Translations under genes and position numbers: made by a program
Origin: a virus
Lineage: Duplodnaviria; Heunggongvirae; Uroviricota; Caudoviricetes
Length of the DNA: 38,467 nt
IMG/VR virus record: IMGVR_UViG_2850796239_000007
Coordinates: 1 to 38,467 of that record
Direction: 5' to 3' (one strand)
Shown here: piece by piece, positions 1 through 8,675 of the stretch
How the letters are laid out: each line of letters opens with the position of its first letter
Numbering within the stretch: position 1 is the stretch's first letter
Notes under the pieces: generated by a model
Told to the model about the DNA's origin: nothing
Database searches by the model: none
Seen by the model: only the letters and a program-made list of their open reading frames with translations

Positions 1-342
1 ATGATGAAAAAAAGTATTCTGGCGTTTCTGTTACTCACCAGTTCTGCAGCGGCGCTGGCTGCACCGCAGGTGATTACCGTCAGTCGTTTTGAAGTGGGTA
101 AAGACAAATGGGCATTTAACCGCGAAGAGGTGATGCTGACTTGCCGACCGGGTAATGCTTTGTATGTTATTAATCCGAGTACCCTCGTGCAGTATCCTTT
201 AAACGATATCGCACAAAAGGAAGTTGCCAGTGGGAAGACCAATACCCAACCCATTTCGGTGATTCAGATTGATGATCCTAACAATCCCGGCGAAAAAATG
301 AGTCTGGCACCGTTTATAGAACGAGCTGAAAAACTCTGTTAA
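1..342 (+). CDS. small secreted protein, DUF1161/YnfD-like; host-side flank of prophage
   Basis: 113-aa ORF with N-terminal signal peptide ([22 protein letters not shown]); family assignment is from memory, not searched. Confidence 0.6.
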   Translation: MMKKSILAFLLLTSSAAALAAPQVITVSRFEVGKDKWAFNREEVMLTCRPGNALYVINPSTLVQYPLNDIAQKEVASGKTNTQPISVIQIDDPNNPGEKMSLAPFIERAEKLC

Positions 343-569
343 TTACCTAAAATAGCCTTTTGATTTCCAATAAAAAAAACGCCTCAGTTCTTTCACCAGA
401 ACGGGCGGTTTTTAACATTTAAGCTGATGACCACCGCGCTTTTTATTGACCATTTTGCACGCAAACTGGAAAACCTGGCGTCGTCATCTATTCTTAAAGG
501 GCAAGGCAACTAAGCCTGCATTAATGCCAACTTTTAGCGCACGGCTCTCTCCCAAGAGCCATTTCCCTG

Positions 570-603
570 GACCGAATACAGGAATCGTATTCGGTCTTTT
601 TTT
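570..603 (+). terminator. Rho-independent terminator-like hairpin
   Basis: GACCGAATA ... TATTCGGTC inverted repeat followed by T7 run. Confidence 0.45.
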
Positions 604-637
604 AATTGCATTTGAAATCAATTAGTTACAAATGCTT

Positions 638-657
638 CCCCGAAATTCCCCGAAATT
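638..657. repeat. tandem 10-bp direct repeat CCCCGAAATT x2 in putative attL arm
   Basis: two perfect adjacent copies about 80 bp from int stop. Confidence 0.5.
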
Positions 658-734
658 TACTCGAATTTCTGTATTCCGGTCTTTTTTGGTTATATCACAA
701 CCAAAATACATTTAACAATCCATTTACGTTAAAA

Positions 735-1811
735 TCAGAGCAGTAAGTACGTTTTTTCTCTCTCATCAAGATACATTTTTGTTGTCTTCTCCGATGTGTG
801 GCCAAGTAGACGCTGAGCAAATTCTTCTCCACATATTTCTTTGTACAATCGTCCAGCCAGGCTTCTGATTTCGTGAAAAGTTGGTGGGTTTTCACTGAAC
901 AGGATACCTGTTAATTTTCTGGCTGCGACAAATTTCTTTGTCAGGCCGTCCGGGTGAATGCTGCCGTCAGGGCTGTTTTTTCTAATCCCGGCACTGATTA
1001 GATAATCCCCCCTACTTACCATGCGGCACTGTTTAACTACTGCACCAAGTCGTAAACCAGCGACAGGAAGGCTGAGTGACAGGGGGATAGCAATCATCAT
1101 TCCTGTCTTAATTTGCCTGATGTGGAGACGATCATCATAAATATCACTGAACCGCATATTCGTTATGTCTTCGCGACGTTGTCCTGTTACAAGGGCTAAG
1201 TCCATAGCTAATGGGAACCATGCCGGAAGTTGATCTGCTGCCTCCCTGATGCAGTTGTATGTCTTTAGTTTCAGCCGTTCTCTTGTAACTACTATTTTCG
1301 GTGCTCTTGTTGGCGTTACTGGATTTTGAGATATACGTCCTTCAACAATGGCTTCGCGGAACATATCAGATAACACAGAACGCATTGATCCTGCCATCGT
1401 GTTTTTCCCTCCTTCAATCCACAAATCAAGAAACTCGGCGATATGGCGAGTGGTTATTTCTGTCAGTAAAACCCCTCCTAATTTTTCTTTTATTGTCTCC
1501 AGTTGATTTACCCGAGTTTTATAAGTATTTCTGGACGCTTTTCTCCTTATAAGAATCGTTTTGTAACGTTCAATCCAGTCTGCCATAGTAAATGAGTCGA
1601 CCCCTTTAAGCTTTTCAATTAGGGCAGCAGGAGAGTAGTTTTTGTATATATAATGATTTGCTTCAATTGCCTGCGCTACTGCATCTCTTCTTGAAATTTT
1701 ACCTAGTGTAAATTCTTCTTTCGTCAGAGGGTTGCGCCAGTAATATGCTTTGTCTCTCCTTCGATATGTTAAGTTTCTAGGCAAATTGGGATCGTATTTT
1801 TTCCGCTGCAT
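735..1811 (-). CDS. int: lambda-type tyrosine integrase
   Basis: 358 aa; lambda Int-like C-terminal catalytic motifs ([15 protein letters not shown], terminal Tyr region); ATG start. Confidence 0.9.
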   Translation of the reverse strand: MQRKKYDPNLPRNLTYRRRDKAYYWRNPLTKEEFTLGKISRRDAVAQAIEANHYIYKNYSPAALIEKLKGVDSFTMADWIERYKTILIRRKASRNTYKTRVNQLETIKEKLGGVLLTEITTRHIAEFLDLWIEGGKNTMAGSMRSVLSDMFREAIVEGRISQNPVTPTRAPKIVVTRERLKLKTYNCIREAADQLPAWFPLAMDLALVTGQRREDITNMRFSDIYDDRLHIRQIKTGMMIAIPLSLSLPVAGLRLGAVVKQCRMVSRGDYLISAGIRKNSPDGSIHPDGLTKKFVAARKLTGILFSENPPTFHEIRSLAGRLYKEICGEEFAQRLLGHTSEKTTKMYLDEREKTYLLL

Positions 1812-2064
1812 GTTTTAACTTCTCCATTAACGGACTGTCTCTCCCTTGTCGCCCATTAGGCTGATGGTGTGTTATATCGGTATCAACCTTATTTGGGTTG
1901 ATATAGAAAGCCTCCGGAACCACCCTGTAACTCCTCCCGTGTAGTTCAGGTGCAGGATAAATGTTTCCATTCCTTGCCCATCGTCTCAGCGTTGATATTG
2001 ATGGTGGGGTATCCGGATATCTGAGTTTTCCCCACGTTTTGAGTGTCACAAGATTCATTGCCAT
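1777..2064 (-). CDS. xis: excisionase (Xis-like)
   Basis: motif TLRRWARNGNIYPAPELHGRSYRV resembles lambda Xis; overlaps int start; track ORF begins at GTG 2073, ATG at 2064 preferred. Confidence 0.7.
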   Translation of the reverse strand: MAMNLVTLKTWGKLRYPDTPPSISTLRRWARNGNIYPAPELHGRSYRVVPEAFYINPNKVDTDITHHQPNGRQGRDSPLMEKLKHAAEKIRSQFA

Positions 2065-2164
2065 ACCTCTCACGATATGACCGCCAGTAAATATACAGAA
2101 TACTGGCGGGTGTGGTTGATTTTTAATAATCAGCTATGAAGTTCTAATCTGGATATAATGAAAT

Positions 2165-2353
2165 TCACGAGGACTGAAGTTTCTCGCAATTAAAATTTAT
2201 CAGTTTTACTTTCTGCTCTCTGGAAACGCCTGCTTCTTTTTCCCCTGAGAGCATTTTTTCGCATTCTGATTTCGTTAGTTTTGTCTTTGAGTATCTTGTC
2301 CAGCTGGCAGGAGAACCACCTTCCTTTTCAATAGTGGCTGTAATTTTATACAT
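2165..2353 (-). CDS. hypothetical phage protein (62 aa)
   Basis: ATG with GGAGG SD 5 nt upstream; track ORF extended to 2386. Confidence 0.5.
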   Translation of the reverse strand: MYKITATIEKEGGSPASWTRYSKTKLTKSECEKMLSGEKEAGVSREQKVKLINFNCEKLQSS

Positions 2354-2392
2354 GAACACCTCCATTAATATTTTCCCAAAATGCACTTGGTT

Positions 2393-2683
2393 TTACACCG
2401 GAATATTCTCATCGTATCCTGCTTGTTGCGTTTCGTTTTGTGTTTGTGGATCCGGGAATGCATATTCAACGCCTTCCAGTTCAATCCATAGTGCATTACG
2501 ACCAGCTTTGATTGTCGGCCAGTCCATACCTTTGATTCTTTCCCATGAGCGGGAGGTGAATGTTTTTTCCAGCAAATCAGCTTTTGCGCGTTTGGCGTCG
2601 TTACTGGTGCCCCCATGGTGCTTGTTGAGCAACTCGATAATTTCATCAAGTGCGATTTCTTTTGCACGCTTTTCTTTTAGCCA
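2393..2683 (-). pseudogene. 3' portion of early-region gene cut by IS600
   Basis: reading frame open from the IS600 boundary (2683) down to stop at 2393; no ATG start of its own (track start is TTG). Confidence 0.4.
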
Positions 2684-2747
2684 TGAGGTAGCCTGAGTTT
2701 AACGGACACTCCTTCCTGAAATAGAATGGCATCGGAAGGAGCTAATA

Positions 2748-3050
2748 ATGAGCAGAAAAACCCAACGTTACTCTAAAGAGTTCAAAGCCGAAGCTGTCAG
2801 AACGGTTCTTGAAAATCAACTTTCGATCAGTGAAGGCGCTTCCCGATTATCCCTTCCTGAAGGCACTTTAGGACAATGGGTTACCGCCGCCAGAAAAGGG
2901 CTCGGTACTCCTGGTTCCCGCACGGTGGCTGAACTGGAATCTGAAATTCTGCAACTGCGTAAGGCGTTAAATGAAGCTCGCCTTGAGCGAGATATATTAA
3001 AAAAAGCAACAGCGTATTTTGCACAGGAGTCGCTGAAAAATATGCGTTAA
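2748..3050 (+). CDS. IS600 OrfA (HTH transposase subunit)
   Basis: 100 aa; A-rich slippery run near 2998-3004 for OrfAB -1 frameshift. Confidence 0.9.
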   Translation: MSRKTQRYSKEFKAEAVRTVLENQLSISEGASRLSLPEGTLGQWVTAARKGLGTPGSRTVAELESEILQLRKALNEARLERDILKKATAYFAQESLKNMR

Positions 3051-3085
3051 TCGAACAATGGCGACAACAATTTCCCATTGAAGCG

Positions 3086-3904
3086 ATGTGTCAGGTATTT
3101 GGTGTATCCAGGAGCGGTTATTACAACTGGGTACAGCATGAACCCTCAGACAGAAAACAAAGTGATGAGCGGCTAAAACTGGAGATTAAGGTGGCACATA
3201 TCCGCACTCGCGAAACATATGGAACCCGGCGGCTCCAGACGGAGCTGGCAGAGAATGGCATCATCGTTGGTCGTGACCGACTGGCACGTCTTCGTAAGGA
3301 GCTAAGGCTACGCTGTAAGCAGAAACGCAAGTTCAGAGCGACTACGAACCCGAACCACAATCTGCCAGTTGCGCCAAATCTGCTGAACCAGACGTTCGCT
3401 CCTACAGCACCAAATCAGGTCTGGGTGGCGGACCTGACGTATGTTGCCACACAGGAGGGATGGTTGTACCTCGCTGGCATCAAAGATGTTTATACGTGCG
3501 AAATTGTCGGCTACGCCATGGGAGAGCGCATGACAAAAGAGCTGACAGGTAAAGCCCTGTTTATGGCGCTCAGGAGCCAGCGCCCACCTGCCGGGCTAAT
3601 CCACCACTCTGATCGAGGTTCACAGTACTGCGCATACGATTACCGGGTCATACAGGAGCAGTTTGGTCTGAAAACATCAATGTCGCGTAAAGGTAACTGT
3701 TACGACAACGCTCCGATGGAAAGCTTCTGGGGAACGCTGAAAAATGAGAGCCTGAGCCACTATCGTTTTAATAACCGGGATGAAGCCATCTCAGTAATAC
3801 GGGAATACATTGAGATTTTCTACAATCGTCAGCGTCGTCACTCTCGTCTGGGGAATATCTCCCCGGCAGCCTTCAGGGAAAAATATCATCAGATGGCTGC
3901 TTAA
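3086..3904 (+). CDS. IS600 OrfB (DDE transposase catalytic part)
   Basis: 272 aa; -1 frame relative to OrfA. Confidence 0.9.
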   Translation: MCQVFGVSRSGYYNWVQHEPSDRKQSDERLKLEIKVAHIRTRETYGTRRLQTELAENGIIVGRDRLARLRKELRLRCKQKRKFRATTNPNHNLPVAPNLLNQTFAPTAPNQVWVADLTYVATQEGWLYLAGIKDVYTCEIVGYAMGERMTKELTGKALFMALRSQRPPAGLIHHSDRGSQYCAYDYRVIQEQFGLKTSMSRKGNCYDNAPMESFWGTLKNESLSHYRFNNRDEAISVIREYIEIFYNRQRRHSRLGNISPAAFREKYHQMAA

Positions 3905-3947
3905 AAAAAGAACAAATGGTAGTGTCCGCTATTGCCAGTACACCTCA

Positions 3948-4082
3948 AGCACCACGGGAGATGGCAATGGATAATTTTTTCGCTTTAGCCCAGTAAAAAC
4001 CGCCTTTAATACCGAGGCGTTTTCTTACTTTGTCATTTTTTGCTTCGTAATACAGTGGGTAAACTTGTTTATCGGTGCTCAT
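3948..4082 (-). pseudogene. 5' portion (45 codons) of a gene truncated by IS600
   Basis: ATG at 4082 with GAGGT SD; ORF runs into IS600 right end; same codon phase as fragment 2393..2683. Confidence 0.35.
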
Positions 4083-4105
4083 TGTTTTTTAACCTCAACT
4101 CATAT

Positions 4106-4402
4106 TCAGATTGCATAAAAGAAACGAACTGATGATGCGATATGAGAGAGTTCTTTCAGTCGTTGATAACTGATACCGTATTTCTTGTCAGCCTCTTCAA
4201 TGCGAGCTGTGAGTAATGCAATTTCTTTAATGGCACATACACAACAATCAAATGTTCTCAGAACGTAACCGCCATCAATAATTACCGTGACGTTTTCTTT
4301 TTGGGAAATCTGAATGAAACTATGTAATGTATTCCCACATTTAAATTCGGCGAGAGAATCGTTAATAACATTAAGTTCAATTTCACATTCAATAATACTC
4401 AT
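4106..4402 (-). CDS. hypothetical phage protein (98 aa)
   Basis: ATG with AAGGA SD; AT-rich; in operon downstream of Rha gene. Confidence 0.5.
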   Translation of the reverse strand: MSIIECEIELNVINDSLAEFKCGNTLHSFIQISQKENVTVIIDGGYVLRTFDCCVCAIKEIALLTARIEEADKKYGISYQRLKELSHIASSVRFFYAI

Positions 4403-4476
4403 TGCTGTTTCCTTTTTTAAGGTTGAGTGAATCCCTGCCATTGCTGGCATAAATTCAGTTTCGAATATTCAGTTAA

Positions 4477-4758
4477 TTAAAGTTCGTGTGCCATCTGGTC
4501 TTTTTCGGCACAGATTTCACTACAATATTTGCGTTTCTTTTTCCTCATCATGGTTCCGTGCATGTAAATAAGTTCAGCAGTGTAAGCCTTATCAGGGCTT
4601 ACTTGTCTGTCACACAGGCCATAAGCACAGGGAATTAAATCGGGATCACCTTTCTGCTGGAGGGTTTTTTTGATTATCCATAACAATTTTTTGATTCCGG
4701 TGTGTGTTATGGTCTGCTGAGGTGCAGAGGTAAAACAATAATCAAGCATAGGGTTCAT
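4477..4758 (-). CDS. hypothetical protein with two CxxxxC pairs (possible zinc ribbon)
   Basis: 93 aa; ATG with GGAGC SD; motifs CAYGLC and CSEIC. Confidence 0.5.
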   Translation of the reverse strand: MNPMLDYCFTSAPQQTITHTGIKKLLWIIKKTLQQKGDPDLIPCAYGLCDRQVSPDKAYTAELIYMHGTMMRKKKRKYCSEICAEKDQMAHEL

Positions 4759-4774
4759 ATCCGTAGCTCCATTT

Positions 4775-5323
4775 TTATTTTAAAGAAAGTAATTGTTCCA
4801 CAGTCATATTTTTAATTGCGCCCCGGTTAACAAGAGTCCATCCCTGTTTTTCCAGATAAAACCGGAAAGTCTCCAGGGTACAGACCAGTGCGCCATCAGG
4901 AACGGTTTCGGTGAATTCGACATTGCCGAATTTGTCGAAGTGAACAACCAGAGTGCGACCATCTCCCGGAATCATCTTGTCAGCAGGTGGGGTGTTATTC
5001 TGGCGCAGTTCGGCCTCCATGCGGTCTAACTCAGCAATGTAGGCTTCCTTGAATGCGGCGGCTTTTTTGCCAGTGAAGCCCATCACCAGGAAAACGAAGC
5101 CGTTTTTGGTGATTTGGTACATTGGGAGTTTGCGCCCGGTTGAGTCGGTGTATTCGCTCGCCTCAAAATTGAGGGCAGTAAATTTATCTGAGCATTCAAT
5201 ATTTGCGATGGCACGTAACACATTGTCGTGTCGTTTGTGGAAGAACTCTGCAACCGCAACAGACGTAGTGACAGCGCGACCGTTTTCTACGGTTACACAA
5301 GGGTGAGAAAGGGTAGTAGCCAT
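4775..5323 (-). CDS. Rha-family phage regulatory protein (antirepressor-like)
   Basis: motif AVTTSVAVAEFFHKRHDNVLRAIANIEC typical of Rha domain; start set at ATG 5323 (MATTL) because the promoter of the leader module lies inside the longer track ORF. Confidence 0.75.
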   Translation of the reverse strand: MATTLSHPCVTVENGRAVTTSVAVAEFFHKRHDNVLRAIANIECSDKFTALNFEASEYTDSTGRKLPMYQITKNGFVFLVMGFTGKKAAAFKEAYIAELDRMEAELRQNNTPPADKMIPGDGRTLVVHFDKFGNVEFTETVPDGALVCTLETFRFYLEKQGWTLVNRGAIKNMTVEQLLSLK

Positions 5324-5486
5324 GATGGCAGCCTCCGCGATGAATTTGATTAACTCACCACCGGAGGTAGCAATCTCATGGGTGGTGAGACGTACAGGGT
5401 TGCTACAACCGGTCATCACGGAACCCGGCCAGTCTTGCGACTGCCCCGCACGCCCCACCATAATTTGAATGTGGCTGTGCATTACG
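5324..5486 (-). promoter_or_regulatory. structured 5' leader of Rha gene (GNRA hairpin, target site, RBS-proximal hairpin)
   Basis: paralogous to leaders at 7736..7897 and 11849..12009; hairpin CAGTC-GCAA-GACTG at 5430..5443 (minus). Confidence 0.5.
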
Positions 5487-5556
5487 CATAAAAAAACCGC
5501 CTGAGCGCGGTTATGCGCCGTGAATGACTTCGGGGTAGCAATCCCGGCACCCGTTT
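5487..5556 (-). ncRNA. candidate short terminated RNA (c4/IsrK-like) upstream of Rha gene
   Basis: promoter TTGAAA-17-TATAGT (plus coords 5563..5601), two hairpins, intrinsic terminator AACCGCGCTCAGGCGGTT + U7 (5487..5514). Confidence 0.4.
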
Positions 5557-6012
5557 TATGAGGTGCAGGTGCACTATAATTCCACCCGTTCTGGTTTTCA
5601 ATAGCTACATTCAACATTTTCTCTTTCCTTTCATCACCGAAGTGAACTTTGTTGATGCGGTGCCTGGTGCCTCCAGGTGACGTTAACCAGTTAACAATTA
5701 ACGCCGGAATAAGGGATTTTCCTTACTGTTTTAACTGTTCCGCGTGCGCTGAGCCGCATTCACCGCATCACAAAATTCACTTTAAAAAGGGCGGACATCA
5801 GCCAGCAATTAAACCGATGCCGCCAACTGGTACTTCACACAGCAATGTCGTTATTTACAACCGGAGGCGCACTCCCACCATTTAAATTTAACAGACAAGA
5901 CCGACTCTTTATGGATACCGGAAATGCGCCTTCGTGTTGTGCCCGGTTTTATTTCACCACCTCCGGGCTTTGGTGGTATCTTTACTGAAGTTCTCGCACA
6001 ACCAGTAAGGAA

Positions 6013-6102
6013 ATGAATATGCCAACGTATCTCGCCAGAGTAGAACTATATAATGCTGAGCCAGAGGATTACGAAGGGCTTCATAAATATATGCTCTCAC
6101 TA
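6013..6102 (+). pseudogene. 5' part of small gene interrupted by IS5-family element
   Basis: joins in frame with 7021..7170 when IS and one TA copy are removed (80-aa ORF). Confidence 0.45.
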
Positions 6103-6162
6103 GGCTGTGTCCCTTAATCATCTGAGCTATAGTAACTGTCTGTTTACACAACATATTGAACT

Positions 6163-6612
6163 ATGGCTCGCTACGACCTTCCCGATGAGGCATGGACCAT
6201 CATCAAGCCCCTGTTACCTCCTGAACCCGCCACACCACGGGCCGGACGCCCATGGGCTGAGCACCGTAAAATCATCAATGGCATGTTCTGGGTGTTATGT
6301 TCCGGTGCACCATGGCGCGATTTACCCGAACGATATGGGTCATGGAAAACTGTTTATAACCGCTTTAACCGATGGTCAAAGTCAGGCGTGATTAATATTA
6401 TTTTCAACAGGTTGCTTTCGCTACTTGATGCAAACGGCTTTATTGACTGGTCTGCCACCGCGCTGGATGGCAGTAATATCCGGGCGCTGAAATGTGCCGC
6501 CGGTGCTCAAAAAAACATCCCGATATCGACGGAGATAATGGGCTGGGTCGCTCTCGCGGCGGTTTTGGCACCAAAATCCATCTGGCAACAGACGGAAGTG
6601 GCCTCCCGTTAA
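6163..6612 (+). CDS. IS5-family transposase OrfA
   Basis: 149 aa, MARYDLPDEAWTIIKPLLPP...; contains A AAA AAC slippery heptamer at about 6511..6517. Confidence 0.8.
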   Translation: MARYDLPDEAWTIIKPLLPPEPATPRAGRPWAEHRKIINGMFWVLCSGAPWRDLPERYGSWKTVYNRFNRWSKSGVINIIFNRLLSLLDANGFIDWSATALDGSNIRALKCAAGAQKNIPISTEIMGWVALAAVLAPKSIWQQTEVASR

Positions 6613-7007
6613 ATATCGTGCTAAGCCCCGGACAAGCTCATGAAAGCCAGTTCGCGCAACGACTTCTGGACGGGATTGGCGTTCAGCGTCAGAACGGCAG
6701 CATGAAACGCCGTGGACATGCGGTACTGGCTGATAAAGCGTATTCAGGGCGCGCATTGCGCAACGAGCTGAAAAATAACGGTATAAAGGCAGTAATCCCC
6801 CGAAAGTCAAATGAGAAAATGGCATCGGATGGACGTGCACAGCTTGATCGTGATGCGTACCGCAATCGTAATGTCGTTGAACGGTGCTTTGGGCGGCTGA
6901 AAGAATATCGCCGCATCGCCACGCGTTACGACAAAACGGCGAGAAATTACCTGGCGATGGTGAAACTGGGCTGCATCCGACTCTTTTATCAACGCTTACG
7001 TAATTAA
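6492..7007 (+). CDS. IS5-family transposase OrfB (DDE domain), -1 frame
   Basis: 171 aa in -1 frame overlapping OrfA. Confidence 0.8.
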   Translation: MCRRCSKKHPDIDGDNGLGRSRGGFGTKIHLATDGSGLPLNIVLSPGQAHESQFAQRLLDGIGVQRQNGSMKRRGHAVLADKAYSGRALRNELKNNGIKAVIPRKSNEKMASDGRAQLDRDAYRNRNVVERCFGRLKEYRRIATRYDKTARNYLAMVKLGCIRLFYQRLRN

Positions 7008-7020
7008 GGGACACAGCCTA

Positions 7021-7170
7021 GCATCCAGTAATCAGGTTAGCGAATTAACAATGTGGGTTAAACGACTGGTCAGTCAACTGAAAAAAGCTAAGCCTGACTG
7101 CAAATTACCGGAGAAGGCGATGGATTACCTGAAGCGAAATGGACTGATAAGCGTGGAGGATGTTTTACGA
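7021..7170 (+). pseudogene. 3' part of small gene interrupted by IS5-family copy 1
   Basis: in-frame continuation of 6013..6102. Confidence 0.45.
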
Positions 7171-7252
7171 TGACCTGGCCTGAAGCATTCACCACGGTAG
7201 GAATTGCAATGGCGGTGGCGCTGGTTGTGTATTCGATTTGCCGCTGGGGGTA
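7169..7252 (+). CDS. possible 27-aa hydrophobic peptide (MTWPEAFTTVGIAMAVALVVYSICRWG)
   Basis: ATGA overlap with upstream ORF stop; very short, unverified. Confidence 0.2.
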
Positions 7253-7259
7253 AGGTAAA

Positions 7260-7278
7260 CCAGCCCCGAACGGGCTGG
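7260..7278. terminator. hairpin CCAGCCC-(CGAAC)-GGGCTGG between convergent genes
   Basis: 7-bp GC-rich stem; U-rich on minus strand side. Confidence 0.4.
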
Positions 7279-7282
7279 TAAT

Positions 7283-7570
7283 TTAAAGAGGTAATTTGAT
7301 GATGGCTGTCAGTGCGCCAACAGCAACGACGAGCATGCCACCAAATCTGACGGTCAGTTGCAGGCTGAGTTTGTCTATTTTTGCATCAAGGGCTGCAATG
7401 TCGTTTTTTAGTTCAGTTCTGACATCATTTAGGTCGCGCTTTGTGGCGACTTCTGCGGCTTCGTGAGAATCTTTCACTGCGGCAGATATAGCGCGCGCCT
7501 GAGCTGCCGGCATTCCTGCGGCTTCCAAGGTTTCGACGAACTTCAGTGTATCAAAATAGACCTGAGCCAT
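7283..7570 (-). CDS. DUF1640-like coiled-coil protein with C-terminal TM helix
   Basis: 95 aa; ATG with AAGGAT SD; family recalled from prophage annotations. Confidence 0.55.
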   Translation of the reverse strand: MAQVYFDTLKFVETLEAAGMPAAQARAISAAVKDSHEAAEVATKRDLNDVRTELKNDIAALDAKIDKLSLQLTVRFGGMLVVAVGALTAIIKLPL

Positions 7571-7657
7571 GTTAAATCCTTCGTTGTTGGGGAATATTGT
7601 TAGTTTAGCCTGTAGTGGCTGTTGACGACAACGTTAATCCGGGGCTATATTCCTCAC

Positions 7658-7735
7658 GCGCCAGCAAAATCTGGCGTCGGGATTGGCGTCCCGGATGTTT
7701 ACGGAGCGATATGAGACGCGTCCGCGTCTTTTTTC
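7658..7735 (+). ncRNA. candidate short terminated RNA (c4/IsrK-like), copy upstream of ORF6N gene 1
   Basis: promoter TTGACG-18-TATATT (7622..7651); hairpins at 7659..7676 and 7677..7692; terminator 7714..7735. Confidence 0.4.
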
Positions 7736-7897
7736 ATATCGTTTGCACAGTCACATTCGCGATTTATGGCGGGCTGTGTGGGGGAGCCGAAAGGCTCGCC
7801 GGTTTCCGTACCCGGTTACGCCAACCCTGCACAGTTCGCCACCAGTTCGATTGGCGTCGTCGGTGGCGATAATTTCCAAATGTACGGAGTTATCGTT
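7736..7897 (+). promoter_or_regulatory. structured leader of ORF6N gene 1
   Basis: GNRA hairpin GAGCC-GAAA-GGCTC 7784..7797; ACGCCAAC site 7818..7825; hairpin TCGCCACC/GGTGGCGA 7846..7869. Confidence 0.5.
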
Positions 7898-8446
7898 ATG
7901 ACCACTCAAATCTCTGTTGAAACTCTCTCCCCGATCGCCCATAACCAGATACCTGTTATTACCACTGAACTTTTGGCGCAGTTGTACGGCACAGAAGCGA
8001 TTCGCATTCAGCAAAATCACGCCAGAAACGCTGAACGTTTTATTGAAGGTAAGCATTTTTATAAGTTAGTGGGCGATGAGCTTAGAGGTATGAAGCACAG
8101 ACTATCTTTAAGCGAGTCTGTGAAAATTGCCCGTAACGTTCGCTCCCTCATTCTCTGGACAGAACGCGGAGCAGCACGTCACGCCAAAATGCTCGAAACC
8201 GATCAGGCGTGGGAAGTATTCGAAAAATTGGAAGACTGCTACTTCAACCAGTACGAGAAAGATCGGGCTACGGGGAAAATGAACATCGATATTCACCTGG
8301 CGATCCGTGATGATAAAACTGCCTTCATCCGAAGTTATGCGCCTGGTCAGCTGGTGACGGTTGAAGAAGCCCTGATGTTGCTTAAATCGCGCGGATGGCT
8401 GGTAATGCCGCGAGATGAACTTGCCGGAAAATTAATGGAGCTTTAA
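7898..8446 (+). CDS. antirepressor-family protein, ORF6N-type N-terminal domain
   Basis: 182 aa from ATG 7898 (MTTQISVETL); paralog of 12010..12567; C-terminal motif shared with Rha protein. Confidence 0.6.
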   Translation: MTTQISVETLSPIAHNQIPVITTELLAQLYGTEAIRIQQNHARNAERFIEGKHFYKLVGDELRGMKHRLSLSESVKIARNVRSLILWTERGAARHAKMLETDQAWEVFEKLEDCYFNQYEKDRATGKMNIDIHLAIRDDKTAFIRSYAPGQLVTVEEALMLLKSRGWLVMPRDELAGKLMEL

Positions 8447-8460
8447 CTGGTTAAATTAGC

Positions 8461-8486
8461 CCCGATATGGGAATTCCCATATCGGG
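8461..8486. repeat. 26-bp perfect palindrome CCCGATATGGGAATTCCCATATCGGG
   Basis: 15 bp downstream of ORF6N gene 1 stop; not followed by a U-run. Confidence 0.5.
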
Positions 8487-8675
8487 AGAACATTACCACC
8501 GGGGATAAAATGATTTGCGGTGAAAGGGAAGTTAAGTAGAATTGCTGCGGGTGCTTGAGGCTATCTGTCTCAGGCATGAACACCAAAAGGCAGATGAGAA
8601 GCCCCAGTTAACATTACGCGTCCTGCAAGACGCTTAACATTAATCTGAGGCCAATTTCATGCTAGGCTGTGTCCC

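Larger units (their letters stand above)
2684..3947 (+). mobile_element. IS600 (IS3 family), complete, 1264 bp
   Basis: terminal inverted repeats TGAGGT.../...ACCTCA; OrfA MSRKTQRYSKEFKAEAV... and OrfB with DDE motif region recalled as IS600. Confidence 0.85.
6103..7018 (+). mobile_element. IS5-family (IS427-group-like) element, copy 1, 916 bp
   Basis: inverted repeats GGCTGTGTCCCTTAAT; flanked by TA duplication within CTAG; two overlapping transposase ORFs. Confidence 0.8.

Noticed and set aside
5324-5617. 5' extension of the Rha ORF in the track (start at 5617)
   Set aside because: The minus-strand promoter and terminator of the leader module lie inside this stretch, so the protein should start at ATG 5323
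5649-5885. 78-aa ORF in the intergenic region
   Set aside because: No SD, odd composition, lies in a divergent promoter region
6421-7014. 197-aa antisense ORFs inside the IS5-family copies (also 8669..9262 and 28280..28780)
   Set aside because: Opposite strand of the transposase genes; typical long antisense ORFs in GC-rich IS sequence
7615-7901. Track ORFs 7615..7872 and 7683..7901 and the long start of 7766..8446
   Set aside because: They overlap the conserved promoter/terminator/leader module; the paralog at 12010 starts directly at the equivalent ATG
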